DNA of 60,000 nucleotides from Camelus dromedarius (lineage: Eukaryota), in contig NC_087437.1 of NCBI RefSeq assembly GCF_036321535.1, positions 98,644,001 through 98,704,000 of the forward strand, read 5' to 3'. The stretch's first letter is position 1. The number at the start of each line of letters is the position of its first letter. Below are positions 25,402 through 38,174 of the stretch, piece after piece. The notes under the pieces were generated by a model, which did not search any database, was not told where the DNA came from, and saw nothing but the letters and a program-made list of their open reading frames with translations. The translations under genes were made by a program, and so were the position numbers.

Positions 25402-25958
25402 GGACATGGAAGCAACCTAAATGTCCATCGACAGATGACTGTATAAAAAAGCTATGGTATATTTATTCAATGGAATACTACTCAGCCATAAAACAGAATA
25501 AAATAATGCCATTTGCAGCAACATGGATGGACCTAGAGATTGTCATTCTAAGTGAAGTAAGCCAGAAAGAGAAAGAAAAATACTATATAATATCATTTAT
25601 ATGTAGAATCTAAAAAAAAAAGAAAAAGAAAAAAAGGACACTATGAACTCATCTACAAAAAAGAAAAAGACTCACAAACATAGTAAACAATCTTATAGTT
25701 ACCAGGGAAAGGGAGTGGGAAGAGATAAATTTGGGAGTTTGAGATTTACAAATGTTAGCCACCATATATAAAAATAGATTTTAGAAAGTTTCTTCTATAT
25801 AGCACAAGGAACTATGTTCAATATCTTATAATAACCTTTAATGAAAAAATACAAAAACAAATATATGTATGTATATGCATGACTGGGACATTGTTCTGTA
25901 CACCAGAAATTGGCACATCATAACTGAGTGTACTTCAATTACAAAATTTTTTTTTTAA
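25402..25958 (+). mobile_element. Young 5'-truncated L1 (ORF2 C-terminus plus 3'UTR), camelid-type
   Basis: Translates TWKQPKCPSTDDCIKKLWYIYSMEYYSAIKQNKIMPFAATWMDLEIVILSEVSQKEK, the L1 ORF2p C-terminus. Perfect 16-bp TSD aagatgttcagaaaat at 25386-25401 and 25959-25974. Confidence 0.95.
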
Positions 25959-27140
25959 AAGATGTTCAGAAAATAGTAACTGTTATTGCTATTTCAGTAA
26001 CATCAAGGCCTGGAAACTTAGTATACACTCAGTAAACATTTGTGAATAAATGAACAAATACAGTAATGAAGGGATAAATAACAGAGCACATAAAAGTGAA
26101 TGGATAACAACAATAAGAATTGTCACTAAGAGATCAATGAAGAAGAAATGTGTGAATATTTTCTTTGGCTTCTTTCAATCTATTAGGAATGCTTTGTTTT
26201 CTCTTTGGTTTCACTCATTCAGCAAGTTTGTTCTTTTGGCCTCCATAGTACTTCATAACATGACCCAGAAAATTGAAAATCAAAATGCACAAAATCACTC
26301 AAAAATGTCTATCAGCTCAGCGCAGCTTAAATTGGAAAACCTAATTGAACACCTATTCAAACAGAGTTTTGTAAACGTTACCTGTACTCACTAGCCAATC
26401 TCAAGCAGAAAACCTCTCCCAGGAACAGGCCAATTTAATTAAATTTACTAAGCAGTGGAGGACAACATGGCCTTGTGCTTAGGTATTCCTTTTTATTTAT
26501 TTATTTATTTTTAATTAACGTGCACAAAATTACCCTAGTACCATTTCAACAACCTGCTTAATCAGACTGCCTGCAAAAGTTGGGAGTCTCCAATATTAAC
26601 TTTGCTAAAGTGTCCTTAAGACCAGAGGAGCAGAGAGAACACGGAGAGGTCGGCAGTTCCCTGTGGAAATGCTGAAAGAAACACTATCCCTTCTGTTCCA
26701 AAGAAGCTGAACTTGTACTACGGGAGAGGTCAGGACGAGGCAGTGAGTGATCATAAATGATCGTTCTGCCGGGCTCTTCAGCCCATATAATTCTCCAGCA
26801 AATAAAACATGTAGAGGACCTGATGTGTGAAGGATTTTTTTCACTTTAAAATGATCTGGTCTGGAGACGGAAAATATGTTAGATATCCTCTCTCATGCTC
26901 TTTTAGCTCTCCAATTTTTTTTTAGAAAAGCAGAGACATCACAGGCAGGATGAAATGCAATAGAGTAAATCTATATGGAAATTTGTATGAAAGATTTAAA
27001 GAGTGTTAATGCTTTTCTGTTATAGAAGAAATAGTTGCACATTTAAAAAAAAATAGAGAATGTGTGGAACAAGTGTAAAGCAAGAGGGAAAAATTCCATA
27101 TGTTAGTCCATCAATACAAAGCCAGCCTTGGTGGGGTTTT

Positions 27141-27163
27141 TTGTTGTTGTTGTTGTTGTTGTT
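27141..27163. repeat. (TTG)n microsatellite at an L1 tail
   Basis: Read directly. Confidence 0.9.
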
Positions 27164-27164
27164 T

Positions 27165-28262
27165 CTTAATAATGTTATTAAGGCATAATTTGCTTACAAG
27201 AAAATGCAGCCCTTTTAAAAAAGTGAACAGTTCAATGGATTTTGAGAAACATATACACTGAAGCAAACACCATCAAGGAAAAAAGTTCCCTCATGTTTCT
27301 TGGAACTCACGTCTACACCTCTATCTTGGTCCTAGACAATCACCAGCATGCTCTCCATCATTATAAATTGGTTTCCATTTTGCATAACTTCATAAAATAG
27401 ATCCATACAGTATGTATTACTTTATGTATGCTTCTTTTTACTCAGAATGTTTTTCAGACTCATTTATATTGTGGCGCATATCAGAGATTCATTGTCTTTT
27501 GACTCTGAAAGGTAGTTCATTGTATGGATATACTACAATGTGTTTACCTAGTCACTTCTTAATAGACTTTTTGTTTTTAGTTGCTTACTACTATAAACAC
27601 AGTTATTATGAACATTTATCATAAGTCTTTATGTGGACGTCTGCTTTTCTTTCTCTTGGATAAATACTTAGGAGTGGAATTACAGAGTTGCATCATAATG
27701 GATGTTTAATTTTATTAAAAAAAAAAAAAAAAAGAACAACTGCCAAATTGTTTTACAAAGTGATTGTAAAATTTTACTTTTCCAAAACAATGATAAAAGT
27801 TTCAGTTGCCCCATATCCTTGGCAACGTTTGGCACAGTCCATTACCTCAATTATAGCTCTCCTATCAGATGTGCAGTGGTATTTTACCGTTGCTTTTAAT
27901 TTGCATTTCCCTGAAGACTAAAGATATGAGCATCTTTTCATGTGCTTATCAGCCATTTATATATTTTCTTTTATTAGTTTTCAGTTCAAATCTTCTGCTT
28001 AGTTTAAAAATCTGTCTTACTGAGTTATAAGAGTTCTTGAATATTCTGGATATAAATTATTTGTCAGAAATATGTATTGTTAATACATCTGTGATTTCCC
28101 TTTTAATTTCTAAATGGTATTTTTCAAAGACCAAAAGTTTTTAATTTTGATGAAGTCTTATTTATCATATTTTTTTCTTTTAAGATTCATGTTTTTGTCC
28201 AAAGAATTTTTGCTTACCTAATGATATAAAGATTTTATACTATGTTTATTCTAGAAGTTTTG
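27165..28262 (-). mobile_element. L1MB/L1MC-like 3' end, antisense
   Basis: ttattaaggcataatttgcttacaagaaaatgc; tttctcttggataaatacttaggagtggaatt; ttaatttgcatttccctgaagactaaagatatgagcatcttttcatgtgcttat. Confidence 0.85.
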
Positions 28263-28493
28263 GCAAAAAACTCCAAGAAACACTTTAGAGCTTAAAACAC
28301 TCTTAAAACTTGAAATGTTTTCTTTTCATTCATATTCAACTTCTTTTTTATAGTACAATCTTGATTTCTTCTATGACTCATGGCTTATGTAATGGTGAGT
28401 TTTTAGGCCTCCTTAATATTTGAGGATTTTCCAGATAGCATCTTTACCCAGATTTCTAGTTTGATTTTTGTTGTAATTGAAAAGTATTCTCTA

Positions 28494-28743
28494 CAGACTT
28501 GTGGTTACCAGGGGGGTGGAGGGTGGGAAGGGATAGACTGGGATTTCAAAATTGTAGAACAGACTACACTGTATAGCACAGGGAAATATACACAAAATGT
28601 TATGATAACTCACAGAGAAAAAAATGTGACAATGAGTGTGTATATGTCCATGAATAACTGAAAAATTGTGCTGAACACTGGAATTTGACACAACATTATA
28701 AAATGATTATAAATCAATAAAAAATGTTAAAAAAAAAAGAAAA
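28494..28743 (+). mobile_element. Young L1 3'UTR fragment, camelid-type
   Basis: cagacttgtggttaccagggggg...aaaaaatgtgacaatgagtgtgtatatg...aataaaaaatgtt plus A tail. Perfect 15-bp TSD gaaaagtattctcta at 28479-28493 and 28744-28758. Confidence 0.92.
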
Positions 28744-30214
28744 GAAAAGTATTCTCTATATGGTATAAATTATTTGAAATAGTAAGACATTTTATGGCCT
28801 TATTTAAGATCTTGGTGAATTTTATTTTAGAAGGAAGAGACTAAAAGAAACAGAAAAATCTAAGTATTTCTTTAACTTTCTTTTATGTATACTTGTTTCA
28901 AGATGAAATATCAATGATCAAATAACAGAGCATGACATTAACATTTCTTCAGGAAAACACATAATAATTCTAGGAATGAGAAATTGATCCATAAATTGCA
29001 TAACACACAGATATTTGGAAACTTATCACATCGTAATTCCATGAAATCAGTAAAATTAACTTCGCCATGTTTCATCTCATATTCAAATGTATTGGCTGTT
29101 TTTCTGTAGGATATATAATTTCATTCTCACGTCTTTTAATAATAATAGTACTTTACCAAGTAACCGATCTTCCATTTAATTCTTTCAAAAAAGTGTTCTG
29201 AACGTTTGGCAGAAAATATAGACATATAATAAGCCCCAAAGGAAGCTAATTTAACCAGAATATTTGGGAGTTAGCCAAATAAACATGTTCATTTCATGTA
29301 ATCTGCACTAAGATTCTTTCCATGTCAAGAAACAATTTGAGGAAAATCAATCATGTAACTGAAAATTCCTATCTCACCAAAATAACCTAAAAGTAACAAC
29401 AATCTGAGGTTGAGAGTTCTCTTAGTTTCCCAAAAGCTTGAATGATAAAATGGGAAGAGAATGGAAACCATGAGTAAAGCAGAAGGATGACTTTTCTCGA
29501 GCAGATTGTAATCTTCAGTGAACTCTAGAGGACTGAGAAAACAACAAAACAGTGTGTTAACCAAAACCCAAAGGTGACTGCCATGGTTGGATGAGCAGCA
29601 GAGCAGAGAAGGGAGCTTGGGTTCCATGTTGGAAGAAGGCCAACCTTTGTTTGGGCCTGGGCCATGCTTTGTTTTTCTGATGAGTTAATCAATGATTCCT
29701 CTTCAAACTATTGGTAGATTTTTTTCCCCTTTGCACATTTCTCTGGAGTGCTTTGTTGATGCCATGCAATCGTATCTGTTAGGAGTCAGCTGTAGGAAAC
29801 ATCTTGTATGGCAAGAGAGACATGAGAAGGGACTTTACTTTTAAATTCAAATTAGCTTTCTCAAACCACAGCTGGAATAGCTTATTTTTGACCTTTCTTT
29901 GAATAATAATTTATATCTTTACAAATTACCACTATCAAAGTTGTCAGGACAGCAAGAAAAATGTGTCTGTTTCACATAGTGGAGGACATGATGCCACAAT
30001 GATGGTTTGCAATGAATTTGGTCTTCTCTACTTACAGTTTTTCAAAATCTTCAGGCTGATCACAATTATGTTCAGCTGGTAAATTTGTCTTGGTGTTAAC
30101 TTCTTTGACTCATTTTTTGTGTAACTACCTATAGATTCTAACTTTTTTCTCATGGCCAATTCAATTATTACATAAAGTAATGCCTATAAGCTAATAGTCT
30201 ACTTGGTTTTTAAC

Positions 30215-30380
30215 ACCGTCACTTTTCCAGGCATCGTGTTCTTTTAACCTCATAACAACATCAGCAACCTTCTGTAACTGATGAGAAAACTTAGATATAT
30301 TACATTATGTACATGGTCACACAAATAGTGAAGAAAAAAATTATGTCTTGGACCCAGAGCTATTTGTTTCCAGTCTGTTA
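30215..30380 (-). mobile_element. MIR fragment
   Basis: ttaacctcataacaac...gatgagaaaacttagat...atggtcacacaaatagtg. Confidence 0.6.
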
Positions 30381-30407
30381 AAAAACAAGATGTGAGTAAT
30401 TCAGTCT

Positions 30408-30546
30408 TCCATTCACTCATTTCTTTATTCATTCATTCACATTAAGCACTTGTTGTATGCCAGCACTACTCCAGAGAGTCAAGATATTCAAGGGCATATG
30501 AAGATGAATTCAAAAGCAGCCTTTCCATCAAGGAGTTCACAGTCTT
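30408..30546 (-). mobile_element. L2 3' terminus
   Basis: ttattcattcattcacattaagcacttgttgtatgccagcact...tcaaggagttcacagtct. Confidence 0.75.
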
Positions 30547-31680
30547 TAATTAATTAAATAAGAAACATGTTAAGTCAGCTTTGTTCATGTGATGAAATTG
30601 CCTCCTCCTAGTGCTTAATATCTCTGAGTATATTTGTCTAAATACATTTCTAAACATTGTGCTCTCTTTTAGCTTACTTTTGCAACTGAGAAGAGAATAG
30701 TTACTTTTAAAAACTTAATTTGTAGATAGTTACTAAGGGAATGATTTCATACACATTTTATCTCATCACACCCAGTTAAGCAAATAATTAGGTGGATTAG
30801 ACAGATACCCAGAGCCCTTTCTCTAGAAAACAGACAAAAGAAATGTGGCAAGTCAAGTAAGTAGTGGTTACAGTGTTTCTTAATCCATCAATCAAATGGT
30901 CTGGAGTTGAAGTCATGAACTGCTGTGTGGAAGTATGGGAGAACATAGCACAAGAATCCAGATAAGAGAACAGAAACAAAAACGAGCATACGATGAATGA
31001 ACATCTAGTGTCCTTTGTATGGAAGAACTATATCCAAAGTCTTTATGTCAATAAGATGTTGAAAACTCAGAATACCATGACCCATCAAAGTATTCCATCT
31101 TGATTTAGGCTCCCAGACAAGTCAGAGCTTGTGAAAGTCTTTTATACCTTCCAAATTACTCATCACAATAACTTATGTTCTGGGTCTTAAGAACTGGGAA
31201 AGCCAGTTGAGGGAAGACTTAAGGGTAAAAAGAGAATTTCTTCTCTCTCTTCTGAATGCAGGCCTTGCATTTTACTCCGTGTTTTCTAAGATGCCTGTTA
31301 TTTAGTCTTTTGAGTTTTTAAAATAAGATTTCTCTCATCATATTCTAAAAGAACCCAATGTAAGATGTCCATGGTTAATAAAGCAAAAGGATGAAATAGA
31401 GTGTTTAGGGATAGAGAGCTCTCTCACTTAATAAACTGACCTCAATTTACAGACAAAATGTAATATATATTTTAGGTAGAAGGCCAGCTTAGCAAAATGC
31501 CTGACTTCAAATTTCAAGTCTCCTAGTATATATGTGCTAATATAAATGGTATTAATCCCACTGTCCTGTTTGAAAAATCTCTTCCCAATTGATTCACTGT
31601 CAATATTTTAGTCCCCTGAGTGGTCTTCGGTATAATTAAAATTTAGAGCCATTTGCTTCTTGTATTTTTCCAAAAGATCC

Positions 31681-31700
31681 TTTTTTTTTTTTTTTTTTTT
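31681..31700. repeat. T20 homopolymer
   Basis: Read directly. Confidence 0.95.
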
Positions 31701-32748
31701 CCAGTTTAAACTTTTCATGAACTAAACAGCCCTCGCCTAGCGATCACAGTCTGCCTTTTGGGGAAAGAGTTCCATTTGCCCACTATTTTATGGCAATGCT
31801 CCTACCTCCACTCTGACTTGTTTTCCTTGGAGACCGTTGACCATGGTTGAGAAAATCTACAATAAAACATTCCAATGACCGTGGTGTGGCTAAGGACTAC
31901 CATGTAGAAGTGATGTCAGCTGCCCTTTTACACTTTCTGGAGGAACTAGGTTGGAAAAAAAAAGGGAAGCAGAAATGAAACATCTTTTAGAGTCAGTCTT
32001 TTTAAAGTTGGCTTTGTGTATGCTGGAGATGGTAGACAGGTAAAGACTGGTCCAGGGAGAACTTGTTGTTTCTGAAATTTAAAAAGAAGCAGAATCGAAA
32101 AAGAAGAGCTGTTGTTCAGACTGGGTTTGAATTACAGTACATCTTTAATTATCAGCTTTTCCTCCCAGTTATTTTAATGTTTTGTTAATCCTGTTTCTTA
32201 AAATATCTCCTTCCCTTTACAACCACAGAAAGAATAAAATGTGACAATTTGTTTTCTTTTGTGCTAGGAGATGGTGTTCTCATAGATGACACTATGGGTC
32301 AACTTGACCTTAACTTCAATTTTATTATATGATATCTACAATGGTGTCTTATCAGTGCCTCCTACTCCTTTGTGTTTATACAATTTTTAAAGAATTAATG
32401 TGGATCAGTGGACCTTAACCCTTAGTAGCAGAAAATCAGATTATGAATTCTTAGCAATTATTTGCTTAGATTCTTAACTGAAATTACAAAATTATCACTT
32501 TTTTTTGAGGAAAGGGATAGAAAGTGAAGGAATTAATTGGTAACTAGTAGGCTTAATGTGTACTCACTGACCATCTCTTCAAATACTAAGCCTCTCAACT
32601 GCAATTAACTAAGACCTGAATATATCACAACATTACTACGGAAACCTGTTAGATTGTATTAAGCGAGGCTCAAGTACTGGAACCTATTTACAAAGAGACT
32701 GTGTAATCTTCTGCGTGGAGATAATTTAAACATGAATGATTTTACCTT

Positions 32749-32920
32749 CAGTGGTTCTCAAAGTGTGGTCTACAGACCAGCAGCAACCTAACCTGTGAGT
32801 CTGTTAGACATGCAAATTCTCTGGCCCCACTCGCACTTAATCAGTCTGTGGGGATGGAAGCCAGCAATCTCTGTTAACAACCTCTCCAACGGATTCCGAT
32901 GTCAATCAGCTCGTTGACTC
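32749..32920. mobile_element. MER5A
   Basis: cagtggttctcaaagtgtggtctacagaccagcagca...gttagacatgcaaattctctggccccac...gccagcaatctctgttaacaa. Confidence 0.85.
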
Positions 32921-33088
32921 TCAAACTAGCTTCACGTAATAATCACCCAGGGAGCTTTTAAACCTACTAAGGCCTGGGTTACACTCAAAAACACTTACAT
33001 GAGAATCTTTTGGGGGCTGAACCCAGGCACTGGTGCTTTTATAAGCTCCTGAGATGACCCTAATGAATACCAGGCCAGGGTACAGAAG
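32921..33088. mobile_element. MER5-family element (second copy)
   Basis: aatcacccagggagcttttaaa...gggggctgaacccaggcactggtgcttttataagctcctgagatgaccctaatg. Confidence 0.75.
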
Positions 33089-33089
33089 A

Positions 33090-33430
33090 ATTTTTCTCAA
33101 CCCTGGTTTCACTTTATAATCACCTGGAAAACTTGAAAACAGACTTATATCAGGGGCCCGATTATATACCAGGGAACCTTGTACAAACTTCCAGTTATAA
33201 AATAAATTAAATACTGGGAATGTAATGTATAGCAGCATGGTAGCTATAGTTAACACAGTATTGTCTATTTGAAAATTGATAAGATAATAGATCTTAAAAA
33301 TTCTCATCTCAAGGAGAAAAATTTTTTTGAAAAAAAAAAGAATTTCTGTGGACTGGGCCTGGGAATGGATATCATTTAGAAGTTCCCCACATAACTTCTA
33401 TGTAGTCAGTGTTGAAAACCAATACTCTAG
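33090..33430. mobile_element. MER5B-like element (third copy), interrupted by an L1 fragment
   Basis: ttctcaaccctggtttcactttataatcacctggaaaactt, then the L1, then ggactgggcctgggaatggatatcatttagaagttccccacataacttcta...gttgaaaacca. Confidence 0.7.
33181..33339 (+). mobile_element. Short L1 3'UTR fragment (L1MA9/10-like)
   Basis: gtacaaacttccagttataaaataaat...atggtagctatagttaaca...gatcttaaaaattctcatc plus an A-rich tail. Homologous to the segment at about 7700-7830. Confidence 0.8.
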
Positions 33431-34109
33431 CTGAAGCCATCTGAGTGGATTAAATGATCTCTCTAGGTCTGTTCTCTTGATGCAGTTTATTTTTTTAAAG
33501 TTGTGCTAAAAGATATAATTTTACATGCAAACTTTTCCACTTACACCATGCTTTACTTTAGCTCATGTTCTTCTACCATGTGGCATATTTACAGTGATCA
33601 CCGGGTGTGAGCCTCTTGCTAATGAATGAAAAATTGGTGCATTAACCACCATTGATGAAAGGGAAGGAGTTGGGTCAGACACACACAAGAGGTGGAAGCC
33701 AGCCACAGGAGGAATTTTCAGATCATGTGATAACTGACCTGCTGGAGAAAATTCTTTCCTGCTGCAGAAGCCATGTCCGCATTTAGAGAAGGGGTGGATC
33801 TCTTTTGAGTCTGACTCTACTCTGCAAAAGTTGATAAGCTGTAAATAAAATACTAGCAAATCATGTGTTCCCATTTTGAGTTCTTAGGTCTATTAGGTGC
33901 CAGGCAGAGCAGATATTTATTCTTTCCCTCCCAATAAACCAGTTAACACATCAGCCTTAAAACTAACATACAGTTTTGCTCTATCTCATTTGTCATGCAG
34001 ATTTCAATGAATGCTTTCTGGAAGGAAGTTTGCAAAGATTTCTTGGTGAATGGAATGGATCTTCTAAGTCTGATGCAAACACTCATCTGGGTCATCCTTG
34101 AGAGTTACT

Positions 34110-34640
34110 TCTTGTTAATTTCCTATTTGGAATCTACCACCAAACCCTGTAACTGCTTTCCTGAGAATGGCTTTAAAGATCACCATGGCTCCTCTATTCA
34201 CATTTGCCACCACTCCCAGTCTCCATCCTTCCCATCAGTATTACTCCCTTCTTCACCTAACAAGCACTTTGCCCCCCAAATTTTCTACAAATGATACCAT
34301 TCTGCAGACAGAACAGCCAGAGAAATCACACTAAAGCACTGTCCTATCACATCACTACCCTTCAAGGGCTACAGATTCCTTCAGAATAAAGTGAAAAGTG
34401 CCTTTGCATATTTCAGATCTTCCCTAAACATGTGCAATCCCTCTGTCCAGTTTTTTTTTTGTGTGTTGGTCCCCAAAGCAAGCTCTCAGCTCCAATTAGC
34501 TAATCATCTCATTCTTTTCCATATATGAAAAAAATTATCCCTATAGCATAGTAGCTCATGCTGTCCCTTCTACCACCCATATAATATCTCTATCCAAGTT
34601 GTGGTCATACTTCAGAGTTCAGATTAAATCTCAAATCCTG
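34110..34640 (+). mobile_element. Decayed L2 fragment
   Basis: ctctattcacatttgccaccactcccagtctcc; cagaacagccagagaaatc; gctcatgctgtcccttctacc. Confidence 0.6.
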
Positions 34641-34914
34641 GATTGCACTGTTGATTGATTACACTTTAAGATTTTCTGGTGAAGATCTCTACTCTGCACT
34701 TACTAGCCTTTTACTCCTCTGCCCTCCTGGTACAACTAAAATCCTTATTACAGAGGTCAACCTTTAATTGCCCTTTTTACAGATAAATGTGCTCACTTAA
34801 GCTAAGTTCTACAGGGCTCTTTCTTCAATTTCACATTTGTCCATACATCTCCTAAGTAAATTGTGACTTCCAAAATGACAGGGATCTGCATTTTCATCCA
34901 GAGTTAATTTCATG

Positions 34915-35135
34915 GTAGTCACTTTGCTAATGTGTTTTACATGGATTATTTAGGTTATTTCATTAAATCACAAAATTCTAAGATGTAAATATTATTATTA
35001 TCTGAACTTAAGGGAAGTGAGACAAAGAGGTAAAAAAAAAAAAAAAAAAGCTTACTTACCCAAAGTAAACAGCTGTTAAGTAGAGAAGCTGGAATTCAGA
35101 TCCACCTCTTATTCCAAAATCAGTGATCTTTTCCT
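34915..35135 (-). mobile_element. MIR
   Basis: cacaaaattctaagatgtaaatattattat...ttacccaaagtaaacagctgttaagtagagaagctggaattcaga. Confidence 0.7.
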
Positions 35136-35909
35136 GACATCCTCAAATGTCTTCCAAACCACTCTTTAAAGCTCTATGAGTCAAAATTATGTTGACTTTT
35201 AAAACAAAATACCATTTTTTTAATGAGGGAATTTTTTAACCTCAAATCTTTTTTGGGCAAACAAAAAATTTTTTTTAAAAATCATGAATTTTATTAAGCA
35301 GAATAATTAATTTTCTATTTGATAGAAATGGCTAATGTTGATGACGACCATGGGATATTGCCAATGTGTAATGAGTCTGAGAATTCAAACCTTAGACACT
35401 GAATCAAGCCAAGACCCTGAACTGGCTAAATGATGTATTAGGAAGGATGCAAGAAAAGGAAAGATGAAGGGTGGGAGTTTTCCAAGGTTAATTACAGAAC
35501 AAATGTCTGGCAACAAGGCAGTGAGAACAAAGAGTATGATGCGTATGTTGAAGGGCTGGGACCAACGCATTGGAGATATTGTGCAAGTTCAGTTCATCAT
35601 TTAAGAACACATGACTCTCTGAGGTCAGGGTCAGCTTTATATTCAGACTTCATTTTCATTCTGTGTTGATTTACAAATGGTCTCTGAGTGCCTCTTTAAA
35701 TGTCTCATTGTATGGTCTATAGGTACTCTATTGAATATATTCAGCTTAATCACCCAACTTTCCTACGCTTGGCATTGTGCTAAATGATGCAGAAAGTGCC
35801 TAAATATATGACAGAGATATAGAGATAATGATAGATTTTATATATATGTATATAAAGATATGTATTTTTTAATCTCAGAAAGATCACAAACTGTTCAGGA
35901 AATGCTGGA

Positions 35910-36088
35910 TCCTATTTATTGAGCATTCACTATATGATAAATATTTGTGCCTTTTCTATAAACTTATAATAACTCTGCAATGTAGGTAGTAGTAAATTTT
36001 GCTTTACAGATGAGGTGTAAGATCTCTTACCTTCTCTAAAGTCACGCTGCTATTAAGTGGCAAATCTAGGATTTGAATTCAAGTGTTT
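35910..36088 (-). mobile_element. MIR
   Basis: tttattgagcattcactatatg...aactctgcaatgtaggtag...tttacagatgagg...aagtcacgctgctattaagtggcaaatctaggatttgaattcaagt. Confidence 0.8.
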
Positions 36089-36144
36089 CTCTTTTTTTCT
36101 TTTATTGATGGAATTCCTTTTTGTTGTAGTACTATATGCCTCAG

Positions 36145-36514
36145 AATAAATTAGGTCAAGCAATGGTGACCAACACCCCTCAAATCTCAGTAGCCTAACC
36201 CATCTTAAGCTAATTTCTTACTCACATAAAGTGCTCTTTGGGTTTAAGCAACTCTCCAGGGAACTGTCCCCAGGTAGAGGCTCCACCCTGAAGGCTGCTT
36301 TGCTCCGGGAGCACTGCCGTGTTCGTGGGCTTCCACAGCAAGTGAAAAGGGAGTGTGGGAAAGGGCACATCACTCTTAAATGCATTAGTTGAGAACTGGC
36401 ACACTTCATTTTTGATCAAATTTTGTTGGCCAAAGAAAGTCACATGACCATATGTAAATTCTGAAAGGAGAGGCGAACCAGAAATCTTAGTAAGAATTAG
36501 TAACTTCTACCACA
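36145..36514 (-). mobile_element. MLT1I/J-like MaLR solo LTR
   Basis: caacacccctcaaatctcagtagccta...tttcttactcacat...ttgttggccaaagaaagtcacatgacca...cttctaccaca. Confidence 0.75.
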
Positions 36515-36639
36515 ACAATAAATAGTATATTTCAACTTAGCAAATAGCTACTAATTAATTCTTTACTTAGAGGCAAAGCATTTTACTAAGGACAAAGATG
36601 TTGGGATTTGGTTCCTGATAGGAAGTAACTGACAGTTTG

Positions 36640-36860
36640 GTAAGGAAACTACAGCCTATAAAAACGAACGAGTATGTTGGCACAGCAGGACAAAGAATAC
36701 TTGAACTCAGAGAAGAGAAAGGTCACTTGGATTTGGAAGATTACGGAAGGTTTAAAGCATTTACACTGGCCTTTGGAGTATCAGAAGAATTTAATTCAGA
36801 AATACAAGGAAGAAAGTTCTACTTGATGAAAGAAAAGACATGAAGGTGTAAGGACAGATT
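36640..36860 (-). mobile_element. L2 fragment
   Basis: Purine-rich gaactcagagaagagaaaggtcacttggatttggaagattacggaagg...ggcctttggagtat. Confidence 0.45.
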
Positions 36861-37859
36861 GCCTGTGGCACAGCTACTCGTGGCAGGTGACTTACGACCT
36901 CTCCACTCTCCAGAGGCAAGGCAAGCTCACCAATGGTGGCGGGAGGGGAGAGCCGGGCAGCAAGGCTGCAGGAAGTCCCTGCACTTTAACTGCCTGCTTT
37001 GCTTGGCTCTTGCTTTCACATGGTTTCCATTAACGTATTTCATCATAGTCATCACAGAGTGCTTTTAATTTTTTTTTTTTCATTTAAAAGATGCCACTTC
37101 TGGGAAGTGTTCACAGAAAGTGAGAGGACTCTCCAAGCTCATGCCTTAAGATACGTGCCTGCCCCTCCCCCAACATACTCATTCGCTTTTGGGCATGGAT
37201 GCTGCAGAGGTGGACCTCAAATAACTCACTAAGGAAGCTGAGGCATAGCACATGAGTAAAGGGATTGCATATCTAACAAACACGGAGACTCGGGGTCACA
37301 AACCATATCAATAGGATAAAATAGCTTTTGCCCCAAAACCAGAAAGGACAATGAAAACTCTAGGAGAAAATTTACTATAAGGTATAGAGATTTTGAACCA
37401 AAAGGCTGGACTCATCACCAAGACTACAGGTATCTGCTCAACTGATATGGAATTTTTTATAGCTCAGGCCCAGGGCTGGTTGTAGAGCCTGGCAGAGATG
37501 GTCAGTTGTGTGCTTTGAAAGTGCAGAACCCAGGACTTACTCAGCCACATTGATAACTGTCCCATGCAACTTGTGAAACCGTCTGAGGGAGGAGACCTCC
37601 AAGAAAAGACTTGTGAGTCAGCCATGACCCCCATTCATCCAGCTCAAGTGGTCATTCTTCCATCACAGGTTTGCATAACCTTGGAACCATAGGTCTCTCC
37701 CAATCCATTAGCCCCCACGTCTCCTTCCCTCCTGGGCATATTCAGTGGAAACTCCACAGGCCCTCATTACAGTCATCCTCTTGCAAATGGCTTCTGAAGG
37801 AACTAAAGCCCTGTGTGCTTGTCCAGAAACTCAGGCCCCTCTCTCTTTCAGCACAGGTA

Positions 37860-38030
37860 ACAACTTGAATTTACCATTATCTGATTAATGTTTTTATACA
37901 TTTACTACTTACACATGAATATCTAAACAATAGATGACATCATTCTTTATGTTCTAAAATTTTATCTACTTGGTATAATACACTATGTACCATTAGGCTT
38001 ACCCATGTTTTGAGGTTTATCCATGTTAAT
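37860..38030 (-). mobile_element. L1ME-like 3'UTR fragment
   Basis: tttatacatttactactttacacatgaatatctaaacaatag...tgttttgaggtttatccatgtt. Confidence 0.6.
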
Positions 38031-38174
38031 TTGGCTGTCTTTAGAAGATGTAGTCAAAGATGTTAAAATTTCAGTTCACAGGCTCATTTTCAGTGGGTGG
38101 GATTTTTTTGTGTATATGGAATTTGGGTTTTTATTTTGTTTTGTTTGTCTTTTCTGTCTCCATTTATCCTTGCT

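Larger units (their letters stand above)
32640..33480 (+). mobile_element. CR1/L3 3' remnant split by a MER5 cluster
   Basis: tactggaacctatttacaaagagactgtgtaatcttctgcgtggagataatttaa before the cluster and ggattaaatgatctctctaggtc after it resemble the L3 3' end. Confidence 0.5.

Noticed and set aside
25365..25613. 82-aa ORF with a protein-like sequence
   Set aside because: It is the L1 ORF2p C-terminus of a 5'-truncated insertion, not a host gene.
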